The notes below the pieces were generated by a model that saw only the letters and a list, made by a program, of their open reading frames with translations, was not told the origin of the DNA and did no database searches. Below, in pieces: positions 47,590 through 62,405 of a DNA stretch of 64,000 nucleotides. The stretch is from positions 416,001-480,000 of the forward strand of contig CBDBZY010000041.1 of NCBI GenBank assembly GCA_965213685.1, read 5' to 3'. This DNA is from a bacterium (GTDB taxonomy: Bacteria > UBA8248). Both the position numbers and the translations under genes were made by a program. Positions within the stretch are counted from its first letter, which is position 1; each line of letters begins with the position of its first letter.

Positions 47590-50500
47590 TGTACTAGCAC
47601 CTTTGCCTGAGAGCTCAGTAGTATGTTGCTTGACAGCTAGCATATTCCAGGGCTCTTCCTAACAGCTAGAACTCTTCCATCCACACCGTTTTCTCTCTGA
47701 CGTCATTCTTATAAAGGCTGTGAACAGCACCTAGGAATGAGGCTATGTCATTCAGATGTTTCTATTATCTCATTTGTGCTGACACAATTTTACGGACCAT
47801 ACCACGTTATCCAAACACATAAGGTAATAATTATTACACACTTCAAGGCCGTAGGAGCTGCAGCGGCCGGGGCGGCCATGGCCGCTGCACATTTTTGCTG
47901 CTTATTAAATATTCATTACCACTTTTGGCGGCTTGGGCGTGGCCAACGAGTCTGCGAACAGTAAACTAAGCTATTGCGGTATCGGCGCTCTGGCTAATAT
48001 CTCCCACGATTGGCAATCATCCTCACCAACCACGCGAATTCAAGTTCCCCAAAAGAAAATTCGGTCGGCAAACGAAAGTGAAGCGGTCGTTCCAAGGTTC
48101 GTGGTTCAACAATGGAGTTGGCTCAAAATACACCTCAGAAGAGCTGAAACTTTTCTGGGGGGGCATGCCCCCAGACCCCCCTAGTAAGTGCGTGCGAATA
48201 TACACAATCATATTTCTATATGCTGCTAATGTAGCCTCGTTCCCACGCTCGATTTCGGTTTTTGTGCGGTCAAATGTCATGCGCGTGCCCCAGAGGGGAG
48301 CCTGGGAACGAGGCTACCGCTAATGGCCTCTCCACTTTTTACTTGCTTCCTACGGGCCTGCACTTGCAATAATGCATTCCTGATCGAGTTAACCTTTCAC
48401 CTGCTCTTGTATCAGGGCAAAGGAAGGATATACTCTAGTGGTGCTATTGCTTGGCACAGGTGTGCAAGCTAATCCCTTGAGACTCAATGTAGAAACAGCC
48501 TCCACACACCACATCACCAGAGTGGCTATATATAGTCATAGATAATAGTATAGTGGCTATATATAATAGAGTGAACGGGTCACGTAGTCTATAATATCTG
48601 TGCTATGGTTCACTTGTCGTGTTAATTGAAACAAAAACTGCCTTCATAGATGAAACTACAGCGCGTGAGGTGAATACTGTAAATTATTGTGCCTAAGAAA
48701 TTGACTGCACCCGCACTCAAGCCTCAGGGCCACGGAGACAGTATAATATAAATATAAATGAAGTTGGATTATCGTTACATGCACAACGCACTCTGAATAC
48801 CGCAAGACTTGCGGGGACACCCCTTCTCTGCCAAAGAAGGCGTGGCTTTGCCTATACGCGTGCGGGAAGGCATGGTTGCGCAAGACTGGTCTTGGTCAAT
48901 TGCACATGGCGGGTGACTATTCAGTCAGCTCTCTGTGTGGCAGCCAGGCGATTCACACACCCACCCATACGAATGTCCGCATGTGTCAGGGTTCAAAGGT
49001 TAATAGGAATGTGACCGGCAGCTAGTTAATTATCAGGGGAATAATATTTCTGCAGTATTATCTCTACCTTGTTTGCATATATATACTTGTTTGACGTCAT
49101 TCCCGTTAGGGAGTGCCCGGAAACCAGACATTCCCTCAGCATTAGTGATGCTTTCCTCACTTCTCCACTACTCCCAAGAGACTCATCTGACGCCACATTC
49201 TCCATGCTATCCAGGCAACTCCATTGGATACCTAATAAGGAAATTAATGCTAATCGTGTTGGTTTGGACACTGTTTCCTACAAATAGGCTATTTTAGGGA
49301 GTGCTATTATTACGTACGAAGAACATTGTAGTACGTATTGGGTACTCAATAAACCACCTCATCATCTCAGCTACACTCTGGAGACTCAGCCTCCCCACAC
49401 TACATGTATATCAGTACACAGCAATAGTCTGGCGGCTATGATCCATCTCATTTTAGGGCAGCGAAGTTAGTCCACATTAATTTTACAAACGTTGAGCACG
49501 TAAGATCATGCATAACACCATCAAAAGCATTCAGATAGTTATTTATATTAAACTGACAATTAAACAGTGTTGTATAATTTCAACTATGATTTAAAACTAA
49601 CAAACACAAGTTACAAGATTTCAATTGATCATAAAGACCTACATTTCCACCATCCTCACAACTTGTGCTAACAACTACCATCAACACAATAGTTATAACA
49701 TATCATATTCCAATCATGCTCATCCACTCTTTATCTTGTATGCAAAGAGAATATTTACCCTCACGTGAGTACACATTTCTGCAAAAACAATTTAAAACCA
49801 ACATGAGGGTTATGTCCTCTCCAGGAGCTTTTCCCATCATCATTCTCTGGAGACGTAATGAAAAGCCTCCACATTCCTCACTATACATTAGTCTAGTAGC
49901 CATGTTTTAACACGTTATACTAGACTTTCTATCATGAGAATTACCTTCAATTTGCTGTGCGTACTATGTTTTCATATCTGTCCTCATAAGCATAGGAATA
50001 CATGTAGTTCTAAGATTGGGGGGCTGTTACAATACAGTAGTTGCTGCAAGTACGGCGCTAAACAGCAGCGACAATAATGGAAGAGTCGATTTAGAGCGCC
50101 ACCGCTGCGACTCCGTAAGGCTAAGTTGCAACTTACACGGCAAAAGAAACGATCTAGCTCATTCTCTCACCTGCCACAATAGGCACGATTTGAAGACACG
50201 GGAAGGTGTAGAGATAAGTTGCTGTCACGTTTCTCAACTGAGGTGCGATATCTGTGACTGCGATCGCCCTTCTTGCATGCAGGAGGCGTCTGGAATCAGA
50301 CTTTGCAATACTAAGGTGCTGATGACCCCTCTTGACGTTCTTGAGGTGCTGCTAGCTAGTCTACCTGAACGCAGCTTTATAGTTAGTTATTCCCTAGTTA
50401 TGACGTCATCCAGAGCGTATATTCAAGTCATCCTCATCACGTATCGCGTTCCACGGGGCTCACCCACACGTCTTCCTCTTCCCACTCAGTCTGCCTCTCA

Positions 50501-52580
50501 TTTTCTCCTCGGACCTCCCTCGCCACTTTCTATAATAAAGGCATGAAGAGCAGAGTCACTCATCTTCTCAGTCTCCCATTCTTCCCACAAAGTATCCTCA
50601 GTTTCACAGTATAGTGTCTGTCCCCCTGCAATGCAAATGTGTGCTGTGTGTGTTTGATTACATACTGTCACACCTAGTACGGGAGTAGGTGTATGTAGAG
50701 ATTGGCCACAGCACTCACATCAAACCTGTACCGTACGAAATGCAGCTTTCACATTTAATATGAAAGCAACATGACTTGTACTAGCACCCTTCGCCTGACA
50801 GCTCAGTAGCATGTTGCTTAAGTTGACAGCTAGCATGTTCCAGGGCTCTCCCTAACAGCTAGGACTCATCCATCCTCACCGTTCTCTCCCTGACGTCATT
50901 CATATTAAGGCTGTTGACAGCACCCAGGAATGAAGCATTTTATGGACCATTCACCAGGTTATCCAAACACATAAGGTACTTATTATTACACCCTTGCAAT
51001 AATGCATTCCTGATTGAGTTAACCTTTCACCTGTTTTCGTGTTAAGGCAAGAGGAAGTATTCATCTGGTTGTACTATTACTAGGCACAGGTGTACAAGCT
51101 AATCCCTTGAGACTCAATGTAGGAACAGCCTCCACACACCACACCACCAGAGTGGCTATAGTCCACTTTTCATGTTAATTAGCTAAGTTTGAAAGGAAGG
51201 CAACCGAAATTCGTAGATGAAACTTAATATTGGTCCCAGAACCTAGGTTTCCGCGAATGCAGATGGAGATTACGTTTGCATATTATCTCCATGTTTGTGG
51301 AAAGGGTGTGAGCATGAGGCCAAGACTAGATGAAACCACAGCACATGAGGTGAAGCAGTAATTACTGTGCATAACAAATTGACCGCACCCACACAATGGC
51401 ATCAGAGCTACAATAACAGATCTACAGACAGTATAATTGCACTCTGGACACTCAGCCTCCACACACTATATCACTACACAGCAATAGTCTGGCAGATATG
51501 ATCCATCTCATTTTAGGGCAGTGAAGTGCACATTAATTAAGCATGTAAGATTGTGCATACCACCATCAATTACATTGCTGTGCATAACAAATTGACTGCA
51601 CCTACACAATGGTGTCAGGGCTACAGAGAGTGTATAGTTTGATGTCAGGTTGACTGGCAGCTAGTTAATTATCAGGGGAATAATATTTCTCCAGTATTAT
51701 CCCTACCTTATTTGCATATATATATACTTGTTTGACGTCATTATTCCCGTTAGGGAGTGCCCGGAAACCAGACATTCCCTCAGCATTGTGATGCTTTCCT
51801 CACTTCTCCACTACTCCCAAGAGACTCATCTCACGCCACATTCTCCATGCTATCCAAGCAACTCCATTGGATACCTAATAAGGAAATTAATGCTAGTCGT
51901 GTTGGTTTGCATTTGTACTGGCACTACCAAACACCAAATAGGCTATTAGTTATTGCATATGAAGAACATTGTAGTACATCTTGGGTACTCAATAAACCAC
52001 CTCATCATTTCAGCTGCACTCTGGACACTCAGACTCCACACACTATATCACTACACAGCAATAGTCTAGTGAATACGGTCTATCTCATTTTAGGGCACCG
52101 AAGTGCACATTTACAAACATTAGATTGTGCATAGCACCATCAATTACATTCAGATAGTTATCAATATTAAACTGACAGTTATTATTAAACAATGGTGCAT
52201 AATTTCAAGTATGATTTCAAAACTTAATGTAGCAAAGTATCAAACAGAAGTCACAAAATTTCAGCTGATGATAAAGACCTACGATTCCACCATTCTCACA
52301 ACATAACTATCATCAACACAATAGTTAAATTAAATGCTATAACATCATATTCCAATCATGCTCATCCACTCTTCATCGTTTATGCAAATAGCATATTTTA
52401 CATTAATAGATTACCCTCACTTGAGTGAGGGTAATCTAACATGATGCATAATATGTACACAATTTATTTATATTACACATTAAATATTTGCAATAACAAA
52501 CAGTGTGCGGGTTATGCACTTTCTAAGTGCTTTTCATTGTTTTTCAATCTCTGCAGACATAATAAAGCCTCCACATTCCT
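47590..52580 (+). repeat. Diverged direct segmental duplication (about 47590-49880 and 50777-52580)
   Basis: Collinear shared blocks, e.g. GGCAGCTAGTTAATTATCAGGGGAATAATATTTCT at about 49017 and 51656. Confidence 0.9.
47844..48360. mobile_element. 517-bp MITE with 5-bp TSD (hAT5-like)
   Basis: TIR CAAGGCCGTAGGA/TCCTACGGGCCTG; TSD CACTT; the empty site is present in the duplicate at about 50990. Confidence 0.88.
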
Positions 52581-53546
52581 CACTCCACTCTCCACTGAAC
52601 ACATTATATTACTTGTTTTATGTTTTGGGGACATTCATTAGTGATATGCAGGTGGCATAGTTGAAATACACAGTGCAGTAGCTCCATCACTAATCCCGTG
52701 TGCAAAGTTCTAACCAGCCTCTCCCCCACTAATTCAGTGGGCCCTGGGCCCTGGCTCTCCCCCGTCAAATGACCAAAGATCAACCTCATTCCACCAAACG
52801 ACCAAGGTTAATGAGCAAATCTGCCCTTGGGTACTGGTATTGCTAGTATCTCAGACTAGTCTCGTTCCCAGACCCTCTCACAAAAAAATGGAAGCCCATC
52901 TCCCAGACCCTCCCTCTGTTTTTTTGTGGGAGTGGGAAGGAGACTAGTCTCAGACTTGGTGCAGCTACATGTGAGTACAGTTGCAGTATAACTTTGACTA
53001 ATGAATATTCACCACATGAACATCCACTCAAAATTGCATAACTTCCATGAATCATGATACATAATTATGTAGATAATGACTTCATACAATATCATGACAT
53101 AGCTAGGCAATTAATCAGTTCACCACATCCACTTGAAATTGCATAACTTCCACAATTCAACAATGTGTGCATGCATAAATTGTTCGCCAGTCCAGTGGTT
53201 AAACACAAAGCTTATCCCAGACCGAGGCAGACACCAGGCAGAGGAGCGAGCAGGGTGGATAGGGAGAACACACCTGAGGGAGGGAGGGAGGGAGGGAGGG
53301 AGGGGAGGGAGGGAGGGGAGAGAAGTAGAAACAGGGAAAGGAGAGAGGGAGGAAGGCAATGAGGGAGGGAAGCAAGGAGGGGGAGAGGAGGGAAAGGAGG
53401 GAGGGAGAAGAGAGTGGGAGATAGTAAACTAGGGGGAGGTGGTATCATACGAAATGTACACAGCATGTTTGGCATGGAAACAGAGGAGGTGTTTGTGAGA
53501 ATATTATGGTATGGTGGTCATTCACCTTGCCTTCTCCAGGTTTCTA

Positions 53547-53733
<187 letters not shown>

Positions 53734-54245
53734 GCTACTGGACTATAACTAGCTACATGTACACCCGAACTGTACTGTTTTATGGAGGCTGGCCAGCGGC
53801 CACTGACCATGTACACATGTGCACTGCACAGTAGCTTGGCCATGATGTGGCTGCCCTGCAGGAGTCTGCCAGCCTTCAGAGAGTGGTGCTGTCTACCTCA
53901 CACTGTGCTCCATGCATGAGGTGAGCCTTCTGCATTGGGGGGAGAGAGGGAGGGAGGGAGGGAGGGAGGGAGGGGGAAAGGGAGGGAGGGAGGGAGGGAG
54001 GGGGAAAGGGAGGGAGGGAGGGAGGGAGGGGGAAAGGGAGGGAGGGAGGGAGGGAGGGAGGAAAGGAGGGAGGAAGGAGGGAGGGAGGGAGAGGGAGGAG
54101 GAAGGAAGGGAGAGACAAAGGGAAGTGGGGTAGGAGGGATTGCTAAAGTATACATGTACATATGTACACGTACATGCACATATACATTGTACATGAATGT
54201 GCAAGAAGGAAGGGAGTGGAGGACATTGTATACGTACATGTACAT

Positions 54246-54440
54246 GATGGAGAGGAGTTACTGGTCGATCCCTAATGGGGTTTTGACGGCACATACAGAG
54301 TGACATTGAGAATTGTAAGGGGTGGCTGTCACCCGGTGGCCATAGCTCAGGTGGTAGAGCACTGACAGCTTAAGTCAGAGGCCCCAGTTCAATCCCAGGT
54401 GGCTGCTGGTCTCTAAAAACATTCCTGAGCCTTTTCATCA
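54246..54440 (+). mobile_element. tRNA-derived SINE-like repeat (further copies at about 54710-54800, 55438-55608 and 59345-59457)
   Basis: GGCCATAGCTCAGGTGGTAGAGCAC...GTTCAATCC, same family as 7455-8560. Confidence 0.8.
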
Positions 54441-54821
54441 CGTACATGTACATGACTAGCCATTGTCATACTAGTCCCTAGCCTACCCCTAGCCTTGCCC
54501 CGTCACAAGGCCGTAGGTAAAGGGCCAATATTGAAAGTACGTGCTTGCGATTGTGTTTTAGCCGTTCCCTAGCCTGTACCTAGCCTGTACCTTGCCCCAT
54601 CACACCACTATAACCATAGTCATACTAGTCCCTAGCCTATCCCTAGCCCCTGCCCCGTCACATGACCGTAAGCAAAGAGCAACTATTGAAAGTATGTGCT
54701 TGACATGCTGATGGCTAAAGTCAGAGGCCCCCGGTTCAATCCCAAGTGGCTACCGGTTTTTCGTGGTTCTCTAAATATATTCCCAAGCCTTTCCTCATGT
54801 ATATACATGCACTCTACGTAC

Positions 54822-54938
54822 CTTTGCCTCCTGGTGGTTACCCAGTCTGAAGTGCAGTGCTCCAATGTTGTTCAGTATCTCTGGAGGAATATCCATACCC
54901 ACACTGTCTGTGAGGATGTGCGACGCCTTCTCACCATA
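54822..54938 (-). pseudogene. CTR9: Isolated CTR9 mid-protein exon fragment
   Basis: [39 protein letters not shown]|gtacgt; no acceptor recognised. Confidence 0.85.
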
Positions 54939-55177
54939 TCTTCTCGCTTTCTCCCTCTCTCACTTACATCAACCTCTGTGTCCAGTTCTGGCAGACCCAG
55001 CAGTGTCCCTCCCTTCCCCTCCTCACCCATCACCATGGACACCGTCTGAGGCCTCTCCCTGAGAACCAGTTAGCAGCAGTCACCTACATGATCAAATCTT
55101 GTACATGTATATGCAAAGGAAGGCAAGACAAGGTAAGGCATAGTCCGAAGGCAGACAGTGAAAAAAAAACACTGAGC

Positions 55178-55250
55178 TGCCTCGGACAGGATGTGAACCC
55201 GTGACCACTGGGTTACTAGTCCAGTGCTCTGCCAACTGAGCTACTGAGGC
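55178..55250 (-). tRNA. tRNA-Thr(AGT)-like sequence, probably a SINE head or pseudo-tRNA
   Basis: 73-nt cloverleaf with mismatches in the acceptor and anticodon stems, TTCAC instead of TTCGA, and an extended GAGCT palindrome on the flanks. Confidence 0.55.
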
Positions 55251-55659
55251 AGCTCAGCTGGCTGGGTTCAAATCTAATGTAGGCAAGGTAAGGCAAACAA
55301 GGAAACACATAAGGCAAACAAGGAACGTATACAGCACGTCCAGCCTGATAAACAGGCTAACCCAAACTACATGTAACTTCATACAACAACATGAAATTCA
55401 AACCACGAGTGGACTGATCCTAACACTGCTCATGGTCACATACAGAGTGATATTGAGAATTTTGAAGGCTGGCTGTCACCCGGTGGCCATAGCTCAGGTG
55501 GTAGAGCACTGACAGCCTAAGTCAGACGCCCTCAGTTCAATCCTGGGTGGCTGCCGGTTTTTCACAAATTCTTTAAAAATAGTCCTATATAAGCCTTTTC
55601 ATCATGTACATGTAGTACATGCAAACATGTCCATACGTACAGTACATGTACTACCCCCC

Positions 55660-55690
<31 letters not shown>

Positions 55691-56207
55691 ATGAAAACTC
55701 CTATTTGGAGCACACTACATCATCCTAAAGGGACTACACAGAAAGGGACTACACAGGGCTAACAAAGGACTGCAGAGGACTAACATAACAGCTTAAAAAT
55801 AGACACTGCGATTGAAATGTCCACAAAAGTAGGATAAAAAGTTTAAAACCGCCATAGAAATGTTAGGATAAAAAGTTCCCAAAAATTTAAAACCGTGGTA
55901 GAAAAGTGGAATAAAAAGTTCACCATATAAATCTAAAAATATTAAAGAAATATATAGGCACTGAAAGCCCTGCCTTGAGAACAGGAAATGGTGGGTTTAA
56001 GATCTTTTTTGGCTAGCCAACTCTCCCCACTCTTCCAGTGCCCATATATACATGTACACACACAAACATACACGAAAACAAGCCTAAGCAACATACTTAC
56101 ATTGAAGGGTCCTTGGGAGACAGCACTAGCTTAGCAGAAATGGAAACAAGGCTATGGTTACGGCACTTAGTAGTGGCATGCCACCCAGACATGGACAATG
56201 CCCTCAT

Positions 56208-57320
56208 TCAACTTATTGTTGAACAAGGCATGTCCATAATTCCCGATGACCGCCTTTTTGTGACATTGGTTGTCAAGTGCCTCATGGTACATGCAGGTAA
56301 ACAAATACCTTCAGCAATGTGTTGCCTTAGGCTGGTTTTGAACTTACTGAAAATCTCTTTGTGCTTTTTGGAGAATTTCTTAAAGGCTAAACACAGCTTA
56401 TGGTACCAAAAACCCTGCTTAAGTAGTCTACTGGTTAGTTTACGATTTCTGCTGGCAAAACTAGCAAAATCTTCACATATTCTCCCTATTCGAACAAGTT
56501 GTGACATGTAAGTGCCATAGGCAGGACCTGTAGGTATATTACTGTCTAAATAAGGAAATTTGACAATATAAAACTGAAAAACATCTCTCTTATCGTACAA
56601 TGTAGCTACAAATCTATTACAGTCGATTCTTATAGTAATATCCAGATAGGACAGTTATAATGGGCTTTCTGTTGTCCTTTTAAGTTCTAATTCAGAGGGA
56701 TAAATGTTAGGCATTTCACTCTCAAAACTTGAATTATTCAATGTCAATAGGTCATCAATGTACCTAACTGTATTACTGCATTTCCTGGCCAGTTGATAGT
56801 TGTTTTTTAGGAGGTATCTCATATATTTATATTCATAAAAAAACAGGAAAAGGTTTGCTATCAGAGGAGCACAATTTGTTCCCATGGGAATGCCCACTCT
56901 CTGTCTGAACACCTTGTTTCCCACTTCAATGTAAACATTATCAATTAGAAATTCAAGCATTTCAAACAGTTCCTTTTCATCTATGTCCCTATGTGTGGAA
57001 TGTGATACTGACCAATACGCAGTGCCTGAATCCCTCACACAGAGAAATTTGGCCCCCTTGATCTTATATGCCTCTTGAATGAGATTTTTAAGATTGCTCT
57101 TTAATGAGTCATGTGGTATATTTGTATATAATGTGGAAAAATCGAAACTGTCCATATGTAGGGCTCTACTAGTACCGTTCACTTCATGTAATACTTTTGT
57201 GAGTTATTAATTATCCAAAATGTGTTCACCCCAGTATTTCTATAAATACCATCACAGTATTCTTTACAATGTGTAAGAATTGTGGTGAAACAAGTGGTAA
57301 GAATACTTGATAGTGGTTTT
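56208..57320 (-). mobile_element. 5'-truncated Penelope-like RT fragment without a C-terminal GIY-YIG domain
   Basis: FDFSTLYTNIPH, QRVGIPMGTNCAP, RYIDD, YLDI, YDKRD, SNIP..PAYG.Y.SQL.R; in-frame stop at 56655-56657 and a frameshift near 57190. Confidence 0.88.
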
Positions 57321-58219
57321 TGGTTCTAATTCTGTGCGCAAAGTATTCTAACCATGCAGTCCCCCCCCCCCCCCCCCTCTCACTAATTCAGTGTGCCCTG
57401 GGCCCTGGCCCTTGCTCTGTCAAATATGACCAAACATCATGTAACCTCATATATCCCATCAAACCAGCAAGGTTAATGAGAAAATCTGCCCTCGGGTACT
57501 GGTATTGCTAGTATCTCAGACTAGTCTCGTTTCGGTCTGGGAACGAGACTAGTCTCAGACTTAATTGGTGCAGCTACATGTAAGTGAGTACAGTACGTTG
57601 CACTATAGGCAAACAATTTGACTAATGAATGTTCACCGCATGAACATCCACTTAAAACTGTGTAACTTCCACGATTCAAGATAGATAATGGCTTACATGT
57701 ATATATGTGCACCATGAAAGATCTTTGCCCCATATCTGGTTGGGCATGTGGACCATCTGCCTTTCATTCTGAGTTTTATTCTTACATGACATTGTGTAGG
57801 CTTGCTGCTTTGTTTTTTTAAATAAATTTAATATTTTTCTAAGCTGTTGAGGTAGTTACAGATGTATATTTTTATAAACCAATGAGGTTGTTACATATAC
57901 TTATTTTTCTAAGCCATTGAGACTGTTCTCCAAATATTAAACTCTATTTTTTAAGCCATTGAGGTTGTTGTTAAATTTAGTTTGTTTTATAGTGTGTGAT
58001 TCTTTCTTTCTTCTCTGTTCTCTTCTTTCTTTCATTGTAGCACACTATGCATGTGATTGTTCATGTATGACATAGCTATAAAGGCGAACAATTTGAATGA
58101 TCAACACATCCACCTGAAATTGCATGACTTCCACAAATCGAAATAACGTGCATGTACTAATTATACAAATTGTTCTCCAGTCCAGTGGTTAAACACAAAG
58201 CTTATCCCAGACAGAGGCA

Positions 58220-58259
58220 GATACCAGGCGGAGGAGCAGGGTGGGTAGGGAGAACATGC
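58220..58259 (-). pseudogene. Truncated copy of the P2X-like TM2 exon (another at about 53233-53273)
   Basis: cag|GMFSLPTLLLRLV versus GLFSLPTLLLHLV at 881. Confidence 0.7.
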
Positions 58260-58538
58260 CTGAGGGAGGGAGGGAGGGGAGGGGAGGGAGGAAGGGGAGA
58301 GAAGTAGAAACAGGGAAAGGAGAGAGGGAGGAAGGCAATGAGGGAGGGAAGCAAGGAGGGAGGGAGGAGGGAAAGAAGGAGGGAGGGAGGAGAGAGTGGG
58401 AGGGAAGGAAGGAGGGAGAGAGGGAGGAAGGTAGGAGATGATAAACTAGGAAGAAGGGGGGTGGTATCATACACAATGTACACGGCATGTTTGGCATGGG
58501 AACAGAGGAGGTGTTTGTATGGTATGGTGGTCATTCAC

Positions 58539-59205
58539 CTTGCCTTCTCCAGGTTTCTAAGACTCACAAAGACAGCCCCATCCCCAATCCGACAGCATCT
58601 GCAACAGATGAAAGCATAATGTATCATGTCAGGAGCCACCTGAAGAGTGGCGAAGGAGCATACAAGTGCAGTTTATCAAAACATAGCACTACAGTCATAG
58701 TTGAACTGCTGTGGGGCCTCTGGCTGGCCTCCAACAACTTCCGTATTAGGAAGCTTTTGAATCCACACAGCGGTGTGGATATTACATAAGTTATACGCTC
58801 TTTTGCTGCCCTTCGGGTGGCTCATATGTTCCTGAATGTGTAATGTGCATGTACATGTACACTGTACTTGTATATACAAACTTTGGAGTAGAGTAGAAAC
58901 TGAACGGTGTATTGTATCCCCTGGTACTCCTTTGAACCATGTGGTATCAGCATATGTACAATGTACTTACATGTACATGTACAATGTCACGTAGAATGCT
59001 ATGAACACGTTATCCCATGTATGATAATAATTATTACGACACACATGTACACTGTATGTAGGTCACCTAATGTACTTGTACTATTTTGGAAGTGTTGGAG
59101 TTTCCAGCACATGTATGGTATGGCCACAGTGTGTGTGTAGGGCAGCACAGAGTGTCCAAAGCAGTCGTCTGGTCCTCCTCACTGTCTGCATACAGTAGCA
59201 TGCAT
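58539..59205 (-). pseudogene. CTR9: Two frameshifted CTR9 exons (59205 to about 59138, and 58598-58539)
   Basis: LLYADSEEDQTTALDTL (CTR9 LDYRDHEKDQMTCLDTL) and [19 protein letters not shown]|gtgaa (60 nt versus the 61-nt intact exon at 8605-8665). Confidence 0.8.
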
Positions 59206-59506
59206 CTGAAATGAGGTGGAAAGAGGGGGAGGGGGAGGGGCACAGAGGGAGCAAGTAAAATGTAGAGAAGAGGAGGGAGGGAGAAAACCAGGTGCAGAAC
59301 AACAAGTGTGCAGCCACACAAGTGTACATGTACCTTATGCTACAGCTTCACGTGCACTGCTATGAATAAATAGAAAATTTCACTCAGTGTGGCTCCTCCC
59401 CTGATGGAGAGGAGTTACTGGTCGATCCCTAGAGGGATTCTGAAGGCATATACAGAGCCATATACAGAGCATATACAGTTGCCCCTGTCACTCAAGACTC
59501 TGTAGA

Positions 59507-60465
59507 TGGGCAAGTATGAGAGCTAAGGTCCCTAAGTGCCACTGTATAGCACTTCAAGCCCCACCTGACCCTGGATGGAGTGGAGGTACCCTTTGCAGAG
59601 AGTGCAGTGCAGTTCCTAGGTCTCAATGTACAGGTCCTCTACAGCAACACAAGCACAAAGTACCATACTCAACAAGCTACAGCAGATGATGGAGGCAGTT
59701 GATGCCACCCCTGTGACAAGAAAGCAAAAGCTCCTCATCTATAGAGCAGGAATCTTCCCCCAACTAACCTGGCTACTGCTCATCAAGGAGCTACCTTCCA
59801 TCTGGATGGAACAGGAGGTGGATGCATTGGCTATGCGATACCTGAAGAAATGGAGTGGTCTCACAAAGTCTGGAAATACAGCCCTGCTTCACTTGCCCCA
59901 ATTGAAGGGTGGCCTGAACCTCCCACTACCTTCAGCTCTGCACAAATCTCTCCAAGTATCCCGTCAGAGCCACCTGCTAATATCAAAAGACCATTGCGTA
60001 CACCACCTGGCTAGAAGAAACTGAAGCAAGAACTAGCATGCACAAGGATGAAGTTTAGACCAGCAACTATGGTGCAACAGGCTCTTATAGAAAATCCAGA
60101 TCACAAAAGGAAGTCCCTGTCAAGAGCAGCAAAAGCCACGGTCACTAATGCTGTCCATACTGCGCAGTTACAACACTGCAACCATCTGGATGTCAGGTTG
60201 AGGAGGTGCTGGCAAGAAGCTGGAGAGTTGGCTACTAGGCAGGTGTCATCGGCATACTGTAATACATTCGCCTGATGTGAGGCATTGGAAAGGTGGTACC
60301 CAAGATCTGCTCTGGACTGCAGTGTGTCCACAAGGGTGTTCATTACAGTGTTGAAAATCACCACGGACAGGGGGTCCCCTTGATATGCTCCTATCTCAAG
60401 AGGGAACATTGGGGTCTCCCATTCTGCTGTGACCACCTTAGCTTGCAGACCAGAGTAGAAAGCAT
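59507..60465. mobile_element. R2-group (RLE-type) non-LTR RT fragment with an internal inversion
   Basis: Minus 60465-60175 reads GAYQGDPLS...LQYADD...SRWLQ; plus from 59507 reads WASMRAKVPKC...QFLG...KQKLLIY...GGLNLP. Confidence 0.85.
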
Positions 60466-61354
60466 TGATTCTCTCTCTCTCTCTCACTCTCTCTCCCTCC
60501 CTCCCTCCCTCCCTTCATCCCTCCCTCCCTCCCTCTCTCTCTCTCTCTTTTCTAGTAATGCCACCCCTCCATACACATGACAAAGAGGCAGTAATCATGT
60601 GAGACACTCTGAGACCATTTACAGAATACATAGCAGTTACATTCTTAGCACAGACCTCTCAACCTCAGACAAACGGCCATGGGGGGCCATGGGATCTGGG
60701 CACGAGACTAAGTTAGGTATATACGATACTAGATGTACAGTAGGTACCGTAGCGCGAGCGTTAGTCTGAGAATCTGAACGGGACTACCTTAGTTTAGTCC
60801 GGCCTCGTATGCGTACCGATGCAGTACGCGGTATACCCAGGCCATGACGCTAGGCCGACCGGATACTTCTCCTTAGTCTGGCTATGCGAGACTAACTTCT
60901 CGTCACAAGCCACGCCTTCTCGGGAAGGCGTGGCTCCGAGAGGCTACGTTACGCGGTACGGCAGGGCATAGCCTCGCTCCCACGCCAAAAATACGTCTTT
61001 CGGCCTGACAACGAGGCTAGGATTGGCCTAGCGCCTAGCGCAGATAGACACTAGGCCATATCCATAATATAGGCTGAGCGCTGGCGTCTGACACACGATG
61101 AAATAACTGAGAATCTGACTTTCCATGTGAAAACAGGACCTTGACGTGAGACCGTGAGAACATACTGTTAGCAGACCGTGTCTTTGCCATCCGAAGAGCG
61201 AAGACTATGCCACGCTCTGACATCCACAGTCCAATTCTTAGTCCAGTCCAGTCCATAGTCCAGTCCAGAGTCCAGGTTTTGCACCAACCCCTATACTCGT
61301 ACCCAGGGGGGTGCGACAACGTCACGTGAGAGGGTAAGAGCGACTTTTGAATAT

Positions 61355-61559
61355 ATTAATGAGGCAAATTCTCGTACATTTCAACATTGACGGTTTTCCA
61401 ATTGCTAGTCTGTGGCCGCTGGTGTTACTTGCTGCTCGTCTGAAAAGAACCATCCTTGGTGGAGTTCTTTTCAGGTGAGCACAAACAGCGGCCACGCGTG
61501 GAGAGACTAGCAGTTGGAAAACGGTCAATGGTGAAATGTACGCGAATTTGCCTCATTAA

Positions 61560-61560
<1 letters not shown>
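61355..61560. mobile_element. 206-bp palindromic MITE
   Basis: About 55-bp TIR ATTAATGAGGCAAATTC...GAATTTGCCTCATTAAT. Confidence 0.8.

Positions 61561-62405
<845 letters not shown>

Noticed and set aside
50016-50546. 176-aa ORF
   Set aside because: Non-ATG start, no recognisable domain, and repeat-like context.
49026-52134. Duplicated short ORFs (DAFLTSPLLPRDSS...)
   Set aside because: The frame is not preserved between the two copies and no motif was recognised.
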